NCBI GenBank assembly: GCA_001179505.1
Contig: CDMY01000055.1
Span: 1-64,000 of the forward strand
DNA from: Vitrella brassicaformis CCMP3155
Lineage: Eukaryota > Protista > Chromerida
Direction of reading: 5' to 3'
DNA length: 64,000 nucleotides
This document shows positions 12,261-25,300 of the stretch, piece after piece; within the stretch, counting starts at the first letter, position 1; each line of letters starts with the position of its first letter. A program made the position numbers and the translations under genes. The notes under the pieces were generated by a model. That model had not been told where the DNA came from, searched no databases, and saw nothing but the letters and a program-made list of their open reading frames with translations.

Positions 12261-13086
12261 TCTTCCTAAGAATGACTGGCGATAGAGCTCTTCCCCTTGT
12301 GACAAATCAACGAAGCAACAAGCAATTGGCAATGGCTGCAGTGGGAGCGGCGGAGACGATTCGACGAAAGCAAAGTCACTCAGCTGAGGGACCCTGACCG
12401 TCCAGAATCTGCTGCTGATGCGACCGGACTGCTGGTGAACGACAGAGAAGTGTGACGGAGACGATGAGGAAGAGAAATCCCATCCGGGATGAGACGCCCC
12501 CAATAAAACGTTTCACGAAACTAGCTCGCACGCGGGCCGCGCCTGGAAATGCGGCACTTTGTTGGGAGCTGCGGAACGCTTTTGGATTGGCCATGAAAAA
12601 GGAAAGATCTGCGTCGGCCTGATTGGCGGCGGCGGAGGTATCTCACTGAAATTGTGGCAGTTCGGTGAAGCGAACAGCAGGAGGAATAGGTGAGTATCGA
12701 TGCGCCCATGCCAAACAGAGGCCGAGGCTGTGCTGTGATGGGGGCGTGCCGTGTGCCAATAGCCGTGTGCTTCTTGCAGATCTGTTGTGTCTGAGTGGCC
12801 ATCTTTGTTGACTCTGTGTCAGGAGGTGAGTCTGGCGTGCACGAAAGGCGCAGCGCCACCGTCCTGCTGTTCATTCATGTGTTCAGTGAGTGCAGCAGAG
12901 ATGTCTTCTTCTGCTAATTGTGGTGGATCTCGAGGTGACGCGGAGCGCCAGTGTGTCGACGGCCATGTGATTGATGCTTCAGGTGAGATGTCACAAGCAC
13001 ACGGCTGACAGACGGACAAAGAAATCAGTGTTGTGCACCTCATGTGTCTGCATCCATTTGTGTGCGTCGGCACAGGGCTGAGTGTC

Positions 13087-14939
13087 ATGAGTGATGCGGC
13101 CGCTCACCACCACCAGCAGCAGCAGCAACAGCAGCAGGAGGAGGGGCACAGTCCATCGGCATCGGTGAGTGAGGCACAGCACATCACTGGGTGGATAACT
13201 CAGTCTCACTGAGGTGCCTTTGGTCTCTGTCTGTGCAGGCGTCCCCAGTGTGTGGCGGGTCGGGCGGTGTGTGTGGTCGGCTGGCGGCCATACACTCACT
13301 CATGGAGCAGGTGAAGGACACACAGATATCGACCCACTAAGGGATGCACGTCGCGATGGCGTATGTCTGTCTGTGTGTTCCCTTTGTCAGGTGGCCAGTG
13401 AGGTGTCGGCCGTCGAGCCTCTGGTAATGACATCCATTGCCGCCCACACTGACCAGGTGAGAGAGAGAAGGGGGGGGTTTGACATATCTCCCTTTACCAC
13501 ATGTCGTCTGTTGTCATGGGAATTCAGGCGCCCATCATTTGCCAGGAGTGGTCATCTGTCAAGTCGACCATACCCACCCTCTCGGCCATGTCCGGTGCCG
13601 TTCAGACCATCGCCCACCACATCTCGGCCGCCCCGCCCCCTCCCCCCTGTCAACCAGACATCACACAGCAACCTGGCCCCCCTCACCCCACCACCACCAC
13701 CACCACCACCCCCACAGCCACTGCTGCTGATGGTGACAATCCAGTTGACGTGACGGCCAATCGGCTCCCGGCCGACGTTTATTGCGATGGCGTGGTGGGC
13801 TACCTCCCTGTCGACGTGGCCATCAGATCGGCGAGGGGAGCCAACACCCACCACGGCAAACAGCTCATCAACGAGGCCTTCATGCTCAAGCGCATCAACG
13901 GCTCGCTCGACAGCAACCATTTGACCGGCCTCGTCGACGTGCATCGGTCGACTACAGCAAATGCGCCTATGTGCTTGAGCAAGGCGGAGAGCTGTGGCAA
14001 GAGATGGCCGACTTCATCCACCTGGCGCGCAATCACAAGCTCATCGAGGCACTGCCCCTGCGGCTGTCGGCTAATTCGCTGCCCACTGCTGCAGCATTCA
14101 AGGAGCTGCCACTCGCCCTGGCCGTCTACAAGACATTCGGCCACTTGCTGAGCCACCGGGGGACCAGCCTGGCGCTGGAGCGGGTGGAGGATGATGACGA
14201 CCAAAGTGAGAGTGACCAGGCCAGTGATGATGAGAACGACGATGGCATGGACGAGGGGGGAGATGAGGAGGACGGCGATGACGACATCGACCACCAGCAG
14301 GAGAGTGGGGGCGGTGACGCCAGTGGCGGAGAGTGACCAGGGGGCGATGGTCCAGGAGGGCAGCCAGGCAATGGACACCATGGTGATGGTCATGGTGGGG
14401 GCGTGGCGAGGCAGCGCTACAAGATCGGTGAGGAGTACTTCACGACCGTCCCCCTCGCTGATTTGCCCCCCAACCACCGCTACTGCAGCGGATACAACGA
14501 GAGCGATCCCGTCATCCGCTGTGGGGAGTGCCTCTACCCATCATTCACGGCCTTCCTCAAGTGGATGGTCCTGATGCAGTGGTGTGAGCAAGAGGGGGTG
14601 GGGGAGAAGCGGGTGACTCATGCTCATGTCGGTCCTGGTGACACTCGCTATCGGTCTCTGCTGGCGGCACCGACCATCGAGGGCTACAAGATCATCGACT
14701 ATATGGTTCGGCAGCCAGGCCAGGGATATGACGGCCGCGAGCGACTCATCATCGTCAAGGGCACAGCAGCCAACGACACCATTACAGCCTATCTGCGGCT
14801 GGTCTATGGCCGCATCAGCCTCCGGACGACCGAGGCGCCGAGTGATGGCAGCACAGACATCGAACGCTATCCCATTGCCGTGTCGGCTGCCAGACCAGTG
14901 CTGGTCAAGTACGGGCTGGCCAGGACAGTGCTGGGGTGA
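13087..14939 (+). pseudogene. Pseudogene copy of the lineage-specific family gene (partner 31781-33660)
   Basis: Same 4-exon structure as the partner. A 10-bp deletion (ccgttcgatt) after 13950 shifts the frame, and GGA>TGA at 14334-14336 is a premature stop. Confidence 0.88.
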
Positions 14940-15230
14940 AGCGGTCAGGCAATCAGACGGTGTGGTGGATGGGGGCGTTGAGGTCGGGAGACAGATGCAT
15001 CTACAGACTGACTGACTGGCTTGCCTTTGATTGATGAGCATATGGTTTTCAATTGGTGAGCGAATGAGTGACACTGTGGCTTCTCGTGTCTGTGGTCCAA
15101 CCCAACGCCATCATGGGACATGTCATGACGTTAACATGTTCAACATCGACCAGCTATAGACACCCACACACACACATATACACACAGATGCACTGACACA
15201 GTTAGGATGCCCCTCCGCGTGTCTGTGTGC

Positions 15231-15501
15231 CTATCGAGCTGAGAAGAGTGTGGTGTAGTTGGTGGCTGGCGGGTCGGTGTCGTTCGGCAGCTCAGCTGAT
15301 CCCACTTGTTGAAGATACCCCGGTTGTAGGCCGTGTGCCGCCACGGACCTGCACATACACACACAACATGTCAGGCACACAGAGACAGACGCCGTCATGC
15401 GGCTCTCGCGTACCGCCGATCCAGTGCTGCGGCTCGTCCCGCGGCCGGAACTGGTGGATCAGTGGCGGTGGGGAGGGCGTCTGGTGCACAAAGTTCAACA
15501 T
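15231..15501 (-). pseudogene. Truncated 3' fragment (last two exons) of the GATase-like gene, carried in the duplicated arm
   Basis: Encodes NFVHQTPSPPPLIHQFRPRDEPQHWIGG|PWRHTAYNRGIFNKWDQL, matching the end of 27734-31483. No upstream exons are present, and a 4-bp insertion (gagc) follows WDQL. Confidence 0.85.
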
Positions 15502-16636
15502 GGCACGGTCTCCCAACCGGCCAGGACAGGCTGAATGCCGGCCAGGGCAGTGATGGATCGTGAGTTGTCAGGCTGTGGACAGGCGAGAAGATAGGATGTC
15601 GTTTCTGTCTTTCGGACACCTGGTGATGGTCGTTTCCGCTTGGTCGGCAAAAATGCGAGCTTCCAACCGTTTTGCCGTTGAATCGCGATGCGGCTGTGGC
15701 TTTTCTTGATAATTAAGGGCGGCTTTGCGTGTGTGCAAGGCGGTGGTGGCGGCGCTCTCTAATTCGGGTCTCCCCGTCTGTCTGCTCCGAAGTTTGGCGA
15801 GCGGCCCGGCTTCCCTCCCTCCCTCCCTCCCTCCCTCTATCCCTCTCCCCCGCTCAATTAGCCTCTTCTATACTTTCGTCGACGGTTTTGAGGCTGTGGC
15901 TGCCGGCTGCTGGGGCTGACAGAAGCACAGAGGTGGACGTCAGGAGGGGAGGGTGCGTGTTGGGCGATTTGGTTGGTTCGGCCAGGCTGTCTGTCTGTCT
16001 GTCGTTGGGAAGGTACTAGGCTCCTACCGTCTATCTACCACGCTATCTTGCGACATTCGGTAGCTGCGTAATCGCATCTCGCATCGTGGTTGTGGGAGTA
16101 GTATTTGGTTGTGTAGGCAGGGCAGGGCGTGCTGTTGTGTGGGGGCGCTCAGTACTAGTATTGCGATTTGAGTGCCCTCTGTCCGTCCGTCCGTCCGTGT
16201 GTGTGTGTGTATCGCATCTCTCTGGATAGCATAGCAGTGGGGCGGGCGTTACATTGATTGTCCCTCTTTACTCTTTCTGCGTGGTAGTGGTCAATATGTG
16301 TGTGGTGTCGCCCTGACAGCGGGCGGCTGGCTGGCTGTCTGCCTAGCTTGGTAATTCATCTCGTCCTATCTATCGTCTGCTGTGGTGCTATTTAAACGAC
16401 CGATTGATTGCCTGAGTGCCTGAGCGCCTGAGCGCCTGTCTGGCTGTTGCCCTGCTGCACACACACACACACAGACGGTTGGTGGTGTTTTTGCGCCAAC
16501 TGTTTGAGAGCAGAGGCGCACGGCACACACCAGCTTGGTTTTCTAACTCTTTTCCTGCTACTCGACTCACTCATTGAGTGACTGACTGACTGACCTCACT
16601 GACTTGACTTGTCTCTCCTGGCTGCTGTCCCTCCCG

Positions 16637-19600
16637 ATGCTGACCCCTTCCCGGCGACGGCCACTGCACGCCCCACCCCCAGCCACCGAATCCACCGGTG
16701 CCCCAGCCGCCCCAAGCCCCTCTTCCACATCATCGGCGTCATCTCCCGATCGACGGATGGCGCAGGCACCCGCCCCCCCTCACCCCCGTCACACACCAGC
16801 AGCAGCAGCCCCGCCCCCTCCACCTCCCCAGCCCGGCCCTGTGCTGCCCCACGGCCACGCGAGGCGGCGGCAGGTTTTCATGTCGATTGCCTTCCTGCTG
16901 CTGCTGATGAGGACGGGTGGGGAGGGGCAGGTATTGGCGGGGGAGAGGCGGCTGCGGGGCGACAATGAGGGCAGGGTGGAGGCACTGGCGTCATCTGATG
17001 TGGATAAGGACAGCCCCTCATCCCTGCCATTCCTCCCTGGTAAGGAACGTTGACGATGGCCACACACTGTACATGTATGTGGGCTGGGCATCCATCGACC
17101 TATCTATCCACTGATTGTGGGTGGTATGTAGGTGGCGAGCTGGTGGGTGCGGGCTCGTGTCGCACGTCTGATGCCGATGCGGGTTCTCCTACGCACGTGA
17201 GCTCCGCAGACCTGGGCTCGTGTCTGAAGCGGTGCGTCAAAGAGGCAGGCTGCCACGGCATAGAGTACGTCTTCGACCGGGACCAGAACTGCATCATGGT
17301 CCACAGCCCAATCCTGTTCGCTGCCCCAATGCCCGACAAGAAACACGCTTGGTGCTATCGCAATGGTACGCTCGATGCTCAGCCACACAACACACACAAC
17401 ACACACACGGATTGTTCTCTCTGTCTATCTGTGCGTATTGTCTGTCAGCCGACCGTCGGCCTGAGGTGAAAGATTTCCATCTGCTTGGGCAGGGTCAGTG
17501 CGGCTCCCCCCAGCACAAGGGCGACCTGTATGCGGCCATCACCCGCCCGTCTGTGTACGAGTGCGCATCCACCTGCCGAGACGACCACAACTGCCGCGCA
17601 TTCGCCTACAGCATGCAGCAGCGGAGGAAACGCGGCGGACACGCACACGGCGCACACGGGGGCCAGGGCAACCGCAACGGCGGTGGCAAAAAGGACGCGA
17701 GGAAGCGCCACGGCAAGGGGCAGATGGCCGCCCACGGTGAAGGGGAGACGCTCTTCGAGATCGTCGACACCGTCCCTCACCTGGACCAGGATGAAAATGA
17801 GGATGGCCCCGCTGATCGCATTGAGGATGAGACAATAGACGAGGAGCAGCAGGACGCCGCCGGCAACGACACTGAGAGCGACAGCGGCATCGCAGCGGCC
17901 ACAGAGGCGCCGGAATCGAGCTATGGTGATGACGAGTACTACCCTGATTCCGTGTACGACATGGACGGGGCGGACGGCTACAGCTACTACGGCTACGATG
18001 ACGGCATGGAAGACATGCTCTACGGCAGCAGCAGCGACGAGCTGGTGGTGGCGCAGGCGCGTCACGGCAGCAACTGTGAGCTGTTCGGTGAAGCCGTCAA
18101 GAAGACACACGGGCCGAGCCTGGACATCAAGGACCACGACTCGCGAACAGCATGCTTCATCAAGATGGGTATGACATGGCACACAGAACCAAACAAAAGA
18201 GGGGCAGGGGTAGGCAGGCAGGAATCCACGTGCATCTCTCAGTCTGTGTGTGTGGATGGTGTCCTGTCCTTTCCTGTCATGCCGCAGACAAGTGTGCGAC
18301 GGTGTATGCGTACGACGCAGGCAACTCGATGCCGATGAGCATGGTGGAGTACGACGGCGAGCCCGCCGTCACGACCATGAGCGAGGAGGACCTCATGGCC
18401 ACAGACGGCTTCTCATCCTCACCCGACAGCGCCCCACTCGCCAAGGCGAAAGGTGTCACCTACAGCGCCTTCGACCTCGACACCGTCGTCACTCCCGGCC
18501 AGGTCAAGGCCATGGGCGTCGGCACACAGCGGCCCACAGAGGCCGACAGCCCCAACAGCAGTGCCAACAGGGTGATCGTCAAGCTCAAGCAGCCGCAGGA
18601 GGGCGTCGTCCGCGCGGCAGCCATTTCCAAGGTGCTCGAGTTCCAGACGGACAGCGGCAGCAATGTCAATGCGACCGAGCGCCGGTCGCTGGTGGCCGCC
18701 GTGACGCACCTGAACAGCCTGTGGATGGACGTGGTCGACCTCCCGCACGACATGGACGCCCTTGGCGCGTGCGAGAAGGCCCGCGTGGACCCAGAGGTCG
18801 AATTTTGCGAGCCTGACGTCATCGCGCGCAAGCTGGAGGTGCCCGGGACACGGCAGGTGTTCGAGTCGCCCCCGCCGACGCGGTCGGGCCGGCGTCCGCC
18901 CATGGCCGAGAAGACCGAGAAGCGGTGGGTGCCCAACGACCCGCAGTTTGTGGAGCAGTGGGGGATGGACAACGACCCCGGCAACGACATCAACCTGCCT
19001 GAGGCCTGGGCGTCGTTCGACAACGACATGGTGGAGCGGCGCAAGAAGCCCCCCAGCCCCGTGATCGCCGTCATCGACACGGGCGTCGACTACACGCACC
19101 CCGACCTCAAGGGCGCCATCTGGACCAATGAGGACGAAATTCCCAACAACGGAATCGACGACGATGGTATGCTCTGCTCTCTCCTTCTGTAGTCAGGCAG
19201 CCCCAGCCACATTGTGACATCCATCCATCCATCCATTGGTTTCATTTGTGGTGTCTGTCCTGTCCGGTGTGTATTGCACGCAGGCAACGGTTATGTGGAC
19301 GACATTCACGGGTACGACTGGTGCAACAAGGACCCAGACCCCATAGATGACGACGGCCACGGCACCCACTGCAGCGGCACCATCGCCGCCAATGGGGACA
19401 ACAAGCAAGGAATCGTCGGCGTCGCGTGGATCCTCAAACCCAAGATCATGGCCCTCAAGTTCCTGTGCGGCGACGGATCGGTCAGCCCTGCGGGCACCAC
19501 TCACACAACCACAGCCATCGATCTCCATCCATCTGTGTGTGCGCATGTGGCTGCAATGCACTGCAGGGTAGTGTGATAGACGCCATCCAGGCGATCGACT

Positions 19601-20572
19601 ACGCCATCACCAACGGGGCCACGTTGACGTCCAACAGCTGGGGCGTGGTGGACAGCAGCGGCTACAAGCCTCTAGAGGTCGCCATCAAACGCGCCCTCGA
19701 GGCCAACTCCGTCTTCATCGCAGCGTCGGGCAACTCCCGACTCAACAACGACGAGACGCCCAAGAACTACCCCTCCTCGTTCGAGTGGGACAACATCGTC
19801 GCCATCACGGCCACCGACCAGGAGGGGCAGATATCGCCTTTCGCCAACTACGGCCCCACGACGGTCGATGCCGCCGCCCCAGGCAGCAACATCTACTCGA
19901 CCGTTGCGGGAGGCAAATATGGTGTACTCTCGGGCACATCCATGGCTGCACCATTCGTATCAGGTGAGTTCGGGGGTCGCTCAGAGGGACACCCATAGAC
20001 ACAGACATGAGCACACCTCTGTGTGTGTGCGTGTGTGTGGTTTGGGTGCAGGTTTGGCGGCCTTGATATGGGCGACCAACCCTGATTTGAACTTCTGGCA
20101 GATCAAGGACATCCTGCTGTCGACGGTCGACAAGATGGACTCACTCAAGGGCCAGTGCACCACCAAGGGCCAGGTCAACGCGCTCCGATCCCTCCGGAAG
20201 GCCCAGCAGCTCGCAGCCGACAACAAGCACACCGTCCAGCTGCAGGACGTCAAGCCACTCAGGGAGAACTTCCACCTCAAGCAGACGCTCTTCCCAGGTG
20301 GCGTCTCGCTCGCCGTCCTGCCGGCGCTCAGCAGCTACTCGGCCGTCAGCACCAGAATTCTCGACCGCAACACCTGGCACGACGTGGTTGACGAGCACAC
20401 CGACAAGCGGGCCGACATCGGTGGGGGGCTTGCGAGTGCGTGCGGTCGCTCGAGGGACGGCGGGATGGGCGTGTGTGAGTTGGATGAGGGGGAGTTCCAG
20501 GTGGTGGCGGAAGTTTTGGACAAGGAGGGCAACAGGATATGCGTCGAGAAGGTGTCCTTTGATGTCGACTGA
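16637..20572 (+). CDS. Secreted or membrane-anchored subtilisin (S8) protease with two N-terminal PAN/Apple-like domains and a prodomain
   Basis: Catalytic motifs VIAVIDTGVD, GHGTHCSG, AASGN and SGTSMAAPFVS across 7 exons. Hydrophobic segment VFMSIAFLLLLM. PAN-like Cys patterns CLKRCVKEAGCHGIEY and ECASTCRDDHNCRAFAY...CELF. Prodomain RVIVKLK...VEFCEPD. Confidence 0.92.
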
Positions 20573-22146
20573 CCGACTGACCGACCAGCTCAATGACCCA
20601 TTCACCCATTCACCCACCCCCCCACCCCCCATCCATCAGTGGTTGTCGTGTGTGCGCGAATGGAGAGATGGAGGGGTGATCCATGGATGGATGGCGTGGA
20701 TGAGTGCCCGAGTGTCGTTGGTGTCGATAGGGTCGGCTGGCTTGTGCATATGGTATACCCATGTAGATACTCAGAGGGGGGAGGGGGAGGGGGAACATGC
20801 GCATGTTCCTCCATCTTTGGCCCAGTGCTGTGTCTGTACTTGCCCGGCCCACATATGCCGCCCGTCCCTTGTGTCTCCTTGTTTTCGTCCCGCCATCCAT
20901 CGATACTGTCAGTCATGTGTTTGTTCTTTCTTTCGTCAGCAGCCATTTCGAGCGATCAACACATGCACGCGCACAGAACAGCACCGTGCGTACGTGCATC
21001 AACCAACGAATCAGCTACTGTAATGGCGGGCACTGATATAGAGGGGCGGCACATGTGCGTGTGGGCGTGCGTGTGTGTGATGCTAGGTGGCGGTTGGGCT
21101 TTGCCGGGCGGATGGCGGCGAGCTGGTTGTAAAGAGTGCAGGGGTGTGTGTTGGGGTGTGCGACTGTGTGTCCGTGTGCATGCCTGTGTGTGTGTGTGTG
21201 TGTGGGTGTCCTTGATGCTATTTATCCCCTTATTACGTGATGATGGAGAACTCATGGATTGCATGGCATGGATTGCATGGATGGCGTTGATGGCTTGACC
21301 AGGTTGTGTGTTTGATGCCCAGCAGTGCAGTGAGCTTATTGATCGGTAGATGGTGGGTGAGTGACAGCTTGTAGGTAGCTAGATGGATGGATGGCGCGTG
21401 CCTGCCTGCCTATGAGTAGGTCTATGGACTGCATACGTGTGCGCGTGTACCGTGCGTAGGTGTGCATATCTGTTTGTCCGTGTGCCTGGTGTGTCTTATC
21501 TAATTGTGCGCTCTCTGTCTTTCTGTCTGTCGTGTCCTTCTTTACTATGCAGCACCTGCAGTGCATTGCAGCACACACACCATCCGACGTTGTCGACAGA
21601 CAACTTAGGTACACAGCCACGCACAGCCATCCATCGTGGTGCATGCCGGCTAATCCTCCCTATATATCGGTGCGGTGGATGAGTGTGTATAGTCGCTTTC
21701 CACTCCCTGTCCGCATAATGTCCATCTTCGCCTGCCTGCCTGCCTACCTATGTGTTCATGGCGTATGTATTTATCCCTCCAATGAACGACTTGCGTCTTC
21801 ATGTGCCTCTGTCTGTGTGCGTCTCTCTGTGTGTGTGTGATGTGACTGTCTGCTGTCTGTGGTGCATTTGTTTTAAGTTACAGTGTGCCACTGACTGACT
21901 GGTTGAGATAAATTGGTATTATTATTGGTCACACGCATACACACACTCTATAAACACAACACCACACGCAGCAGCAGCAGAAGGCCCACACACAGACATG
22001 CACACCAGACAGAGACAGACAGAGAGCCCGACAAGAAAATCCATGCAGCAACCACCCTCTCCCCCCTCCCGCCGTCTCTCACTTACACACATACACACCC
22101 ACACCCGTCCGTCCCCCAGCCCGCCAGGCCATGTCAGTTGGTTGAG

Positions 22147-22354
22147 TCAGTTGTAGGCACTGTCCATTTTGGTCTGTAGGTGTTTCTTGTTATTCTCCAG
22201 CCCCTCCTCCAGCAGGTCCTTCTGCAGGTTGGGCAGCAGCACGATGATGTAGGCTGACAGCAAAGGCTGCACCAGCACGTCGATGAACCCGATCTGACAC
22301 TTGTACTGATTCGTCAAATCACGATCGCTGCACGCACACACGCACACACACGCA

Positions 22355-22391
<37 letters not shown>

Positions 22392-25300
22392 CATGCAGAT
22401 CGGCTGCGTTGCGTACCAGAATGGCGAGACGGGAAGGCCGAGTTGTTTCTCGAGGTCTCCTTGGTAGAAGAATTCCTCCATCATGCGGTCCATCCACCGC
22501 AGGTAAATCGGCTGTGGACGCGCAGCGAAGGCCAGATCCGCACAGCGAAGCGTCATGCTCAGCAACACCTGCACACATCCATCCATCGATCGATCCACAT
22601 GCACACACCACACAAAGGGGAGAGTCTGTCTGTGTGTGTGCGGTCACTTGTCTGTCTTCGGGTCTGTCGGTAGAGAATTCGCCCGAGACTTTGGTTCTGA
22701 ACATGCCCAGCTCGTTGGTGAGAAAGCGGATGTCCATCCGCAGGATCATGTCCACCAGCAACGCACGCAATATGTGATACCACGGCTGAGGGAGACACAC
22801 AAATCCATGCGTCCACAGACAAATGGTGTGTATGTGTGTGTGTGTGTGTGTCTATCGTTGTTTGCTTACCTTTAGTTCGCCGAGGAAGTTGAGTGCGGGG
22901 TCTTGGAGCAGACCGAAGACCACCGACAAAGTGTAGTTCTCAAGCACCGAAGAATCTGATGGAGACATGAGCACACGGATGCACGGTAACGGACCTAGTA
23001 GCGTGAGTGTGTCTGTGCATGCACCGACCGTTGTATCTGATTGCCCTGGGGTGCCGCGACTTGATCAAGAACTGATTCGTCACACCGCTGCAGTGAAAGC
23101 AACCAAGGAAGGAAACAGAAACAGCGGGCTGTTGTGCCCATCCATGCATCCAGCCAGTTATCTCAATGCGTGGCTTACGGGTGTCCATAGTGGCACACGA
23201 GAGCAGCGAAGAAGCCAGCAAACACATCAAAGTCACCCAAGTAACGCAGCAAAGGGCCCTGCATGTGTGCATGTACACCACCGAGGCCATTATCGCTCAT
23301 GTCTCTGTCTCTGTGTCTGTGTATCTTCGTGTGTGTGTGCCTATATGCCTTTTTGTAGAAGTAGTGTGTGGTCTGCAGCACGTCCCCCACGTGAGCCGCG
23401 TTGTGGAACCGGACCTCGGGGTGAAACGACTCCTGAATCCACCCACCCATCCATTCATCCATCCGCCATGCAACCAGAGAAGAGAGCGACCAACAGACAG
23501 GGCCACTTTGTGGGACGGACGGGTGCTGATACCTGCACTTTTTTGAGGAACGCGAAGAGAATGTCAAAGTCAAACTGAAACCGGCGGATGGTGTCGTAAC
23601 TGACGCACAATCACACACACATTCATGTCATGTCCGTCAGTTGGCTCATCTCACGAACATGTGTACCGGGAGAGTATGCGGACGAAGAGTATTGGGAGGA
23701 AGTGGATGTCGCATATCTCCGCCGCGAGGATGACGTCGAAGGACCACTCGTCGAGCGTGCGCATGACGTCCTCGATCTGGCTCTCCTCCTGACCCGATAT
23801 CTTGGCCAAGGAATACAGCTGCAGTATCAACTTGGACGCGTCACGGTCCAAATCAGCACCCGTCTGCCTGCACACACACAAACAGTGTAGAGACACACAC
23901 ACACACACAGATCAGGCCTCCCTCGCCCCCCCTCTGTGTGTGCCTCTCTCTCTCTCTCTCTGTGTCCATGCGTGTGTGTGTGTGTGTGTGTGCGAGAGAG
24001 AGAGAGAGAGAGGCACCTTCTGCTTTCTGACGGGCGTCTGCTGCGCTTCGCCCTCTGGGACCTCTTCCGCTCCCTCCCGCCCATCCCCCCAATGAAAGAC
24101 TGCGTCGAGCCGTCCTGGCTGGCCGCTCGTGTCCTCCCGCCGCCGTCGATGTCGAGCTGGCTCATGGACATGTTGGTGACGGTCATGTTGGTGGACATCA
24201 TGTCCACACCGGTGTGCTCGGGGAGGGCGGCCAGGACGGATGTCTGGTTGGTGGACGACAGCCAGGCGTCCACCTCGCCCTGGCCCTTGACGGTGTCGTC
24301 GTCGATGGCCATGTCGTACAGCTTGTTGGACAGGATTACCTCTATCACCCAGTTCAACTCGTCCTGTGTATCCACACACACACACGCGGGGAAGACATGG
24401 CTTCCTTGTTCGTGTGGGCGGGTGAGAGTGTGGGGTGGTGGGTGAGGGACCTTTAGGTACTGCGGCACTTGTTTGTTGGCCTGGAGGTCCTCAATGATCT
24501 CTATCACCTTCTCCACCTACACATACACACAGAGAAATGCACGGAAAGAGACATATGGGATGTGTTGAGGAAACGGAGGCATCCAAGCNNNNNNNNNNNN
24601 NNNNNNNNNNNNNNNNNNNNNNNNNNNNNNNNNNNNNNNNNNNNNNNNNNNNNNNNNNNNNNNNNNNNNNNNNNNNNNNNNNNNNNNNNNNNNNNNNNNN
24701 NNNNNNNNNNNNNNNNNNNNNNNNNNNNNNNNNNNNNNNNNNNNNNNNNNNNNNNNNNNNNNNNNNNNNNNNNNNNNNNNNNNNNNNNNNNNNNNNNNNN
24801 NNNNNNNNNNNNNNNNNNNNNNNNNNNNNNNNNNNNNNNNNNNNNNNNNNNNNNNNNNNNNNNNNNNNNNNNNNNNNNNNNNNNNNNNCCACCTGTGACG
24901 AGACATCCACCCCGAAGGCGCTTCTCTTCATATTCTTGAGCCTCTTGCGGCCCTCAGACACCTTGCGCAGCACCATCAGCACACGCATCAGACGCAGAAT
25001 ACGCAGCAACGCAAGTTTCTGACACACACACACACGACACAACCCAGGACACACCACACACCAGTATTCATAACACTGACTATGAACAGGTGGATCCATC
25101 CACTACTTTGCTCACAAACGCACCTTGACGTTCCCTCGGCCGAGGAAGATTCCAAAGAAGAATGAGACGAGCACGACGGCGGCGTCGGCGAGGTTCCAGA
25201 TGTTGTAGAGGAAGTCGGCGCCGTACGCGAATGTCTTGAGGATGATTTCCAGCACAAAGAAACTCAGGATCGTCATGTCGATGATATAGATCGTGTGCAG

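Larger units (their letters stand above)
4259..15502. repeat. Left arm of an ~11.3 kb inverted segmental duplication (partner 31214-42565)
   Basis: Reverse-complement collinearity of four genes, their introns and intergenic DNA. Similarity ends at 4259 (catgacaaatactacc; partner ggtagtatttgtcat ending 42565) and at ~15502 (tggtgcacaaagttcaacatg; partner catggtgtcgaactttgtgcacca from 31214). Confidence 0.95.

Noticed and set aside
20573-22146. ORFs rich in CV/HT dipeptides
   Set aside because: Translations of (GT)n/(CA)n tracts in the 3' region between two convergent genes.
24469-25099. ORFs containing long X runs
   Set aside because: Artefacts of translating the 300-N assembly gap. Only the minus-strand S4 exon inside them is real.
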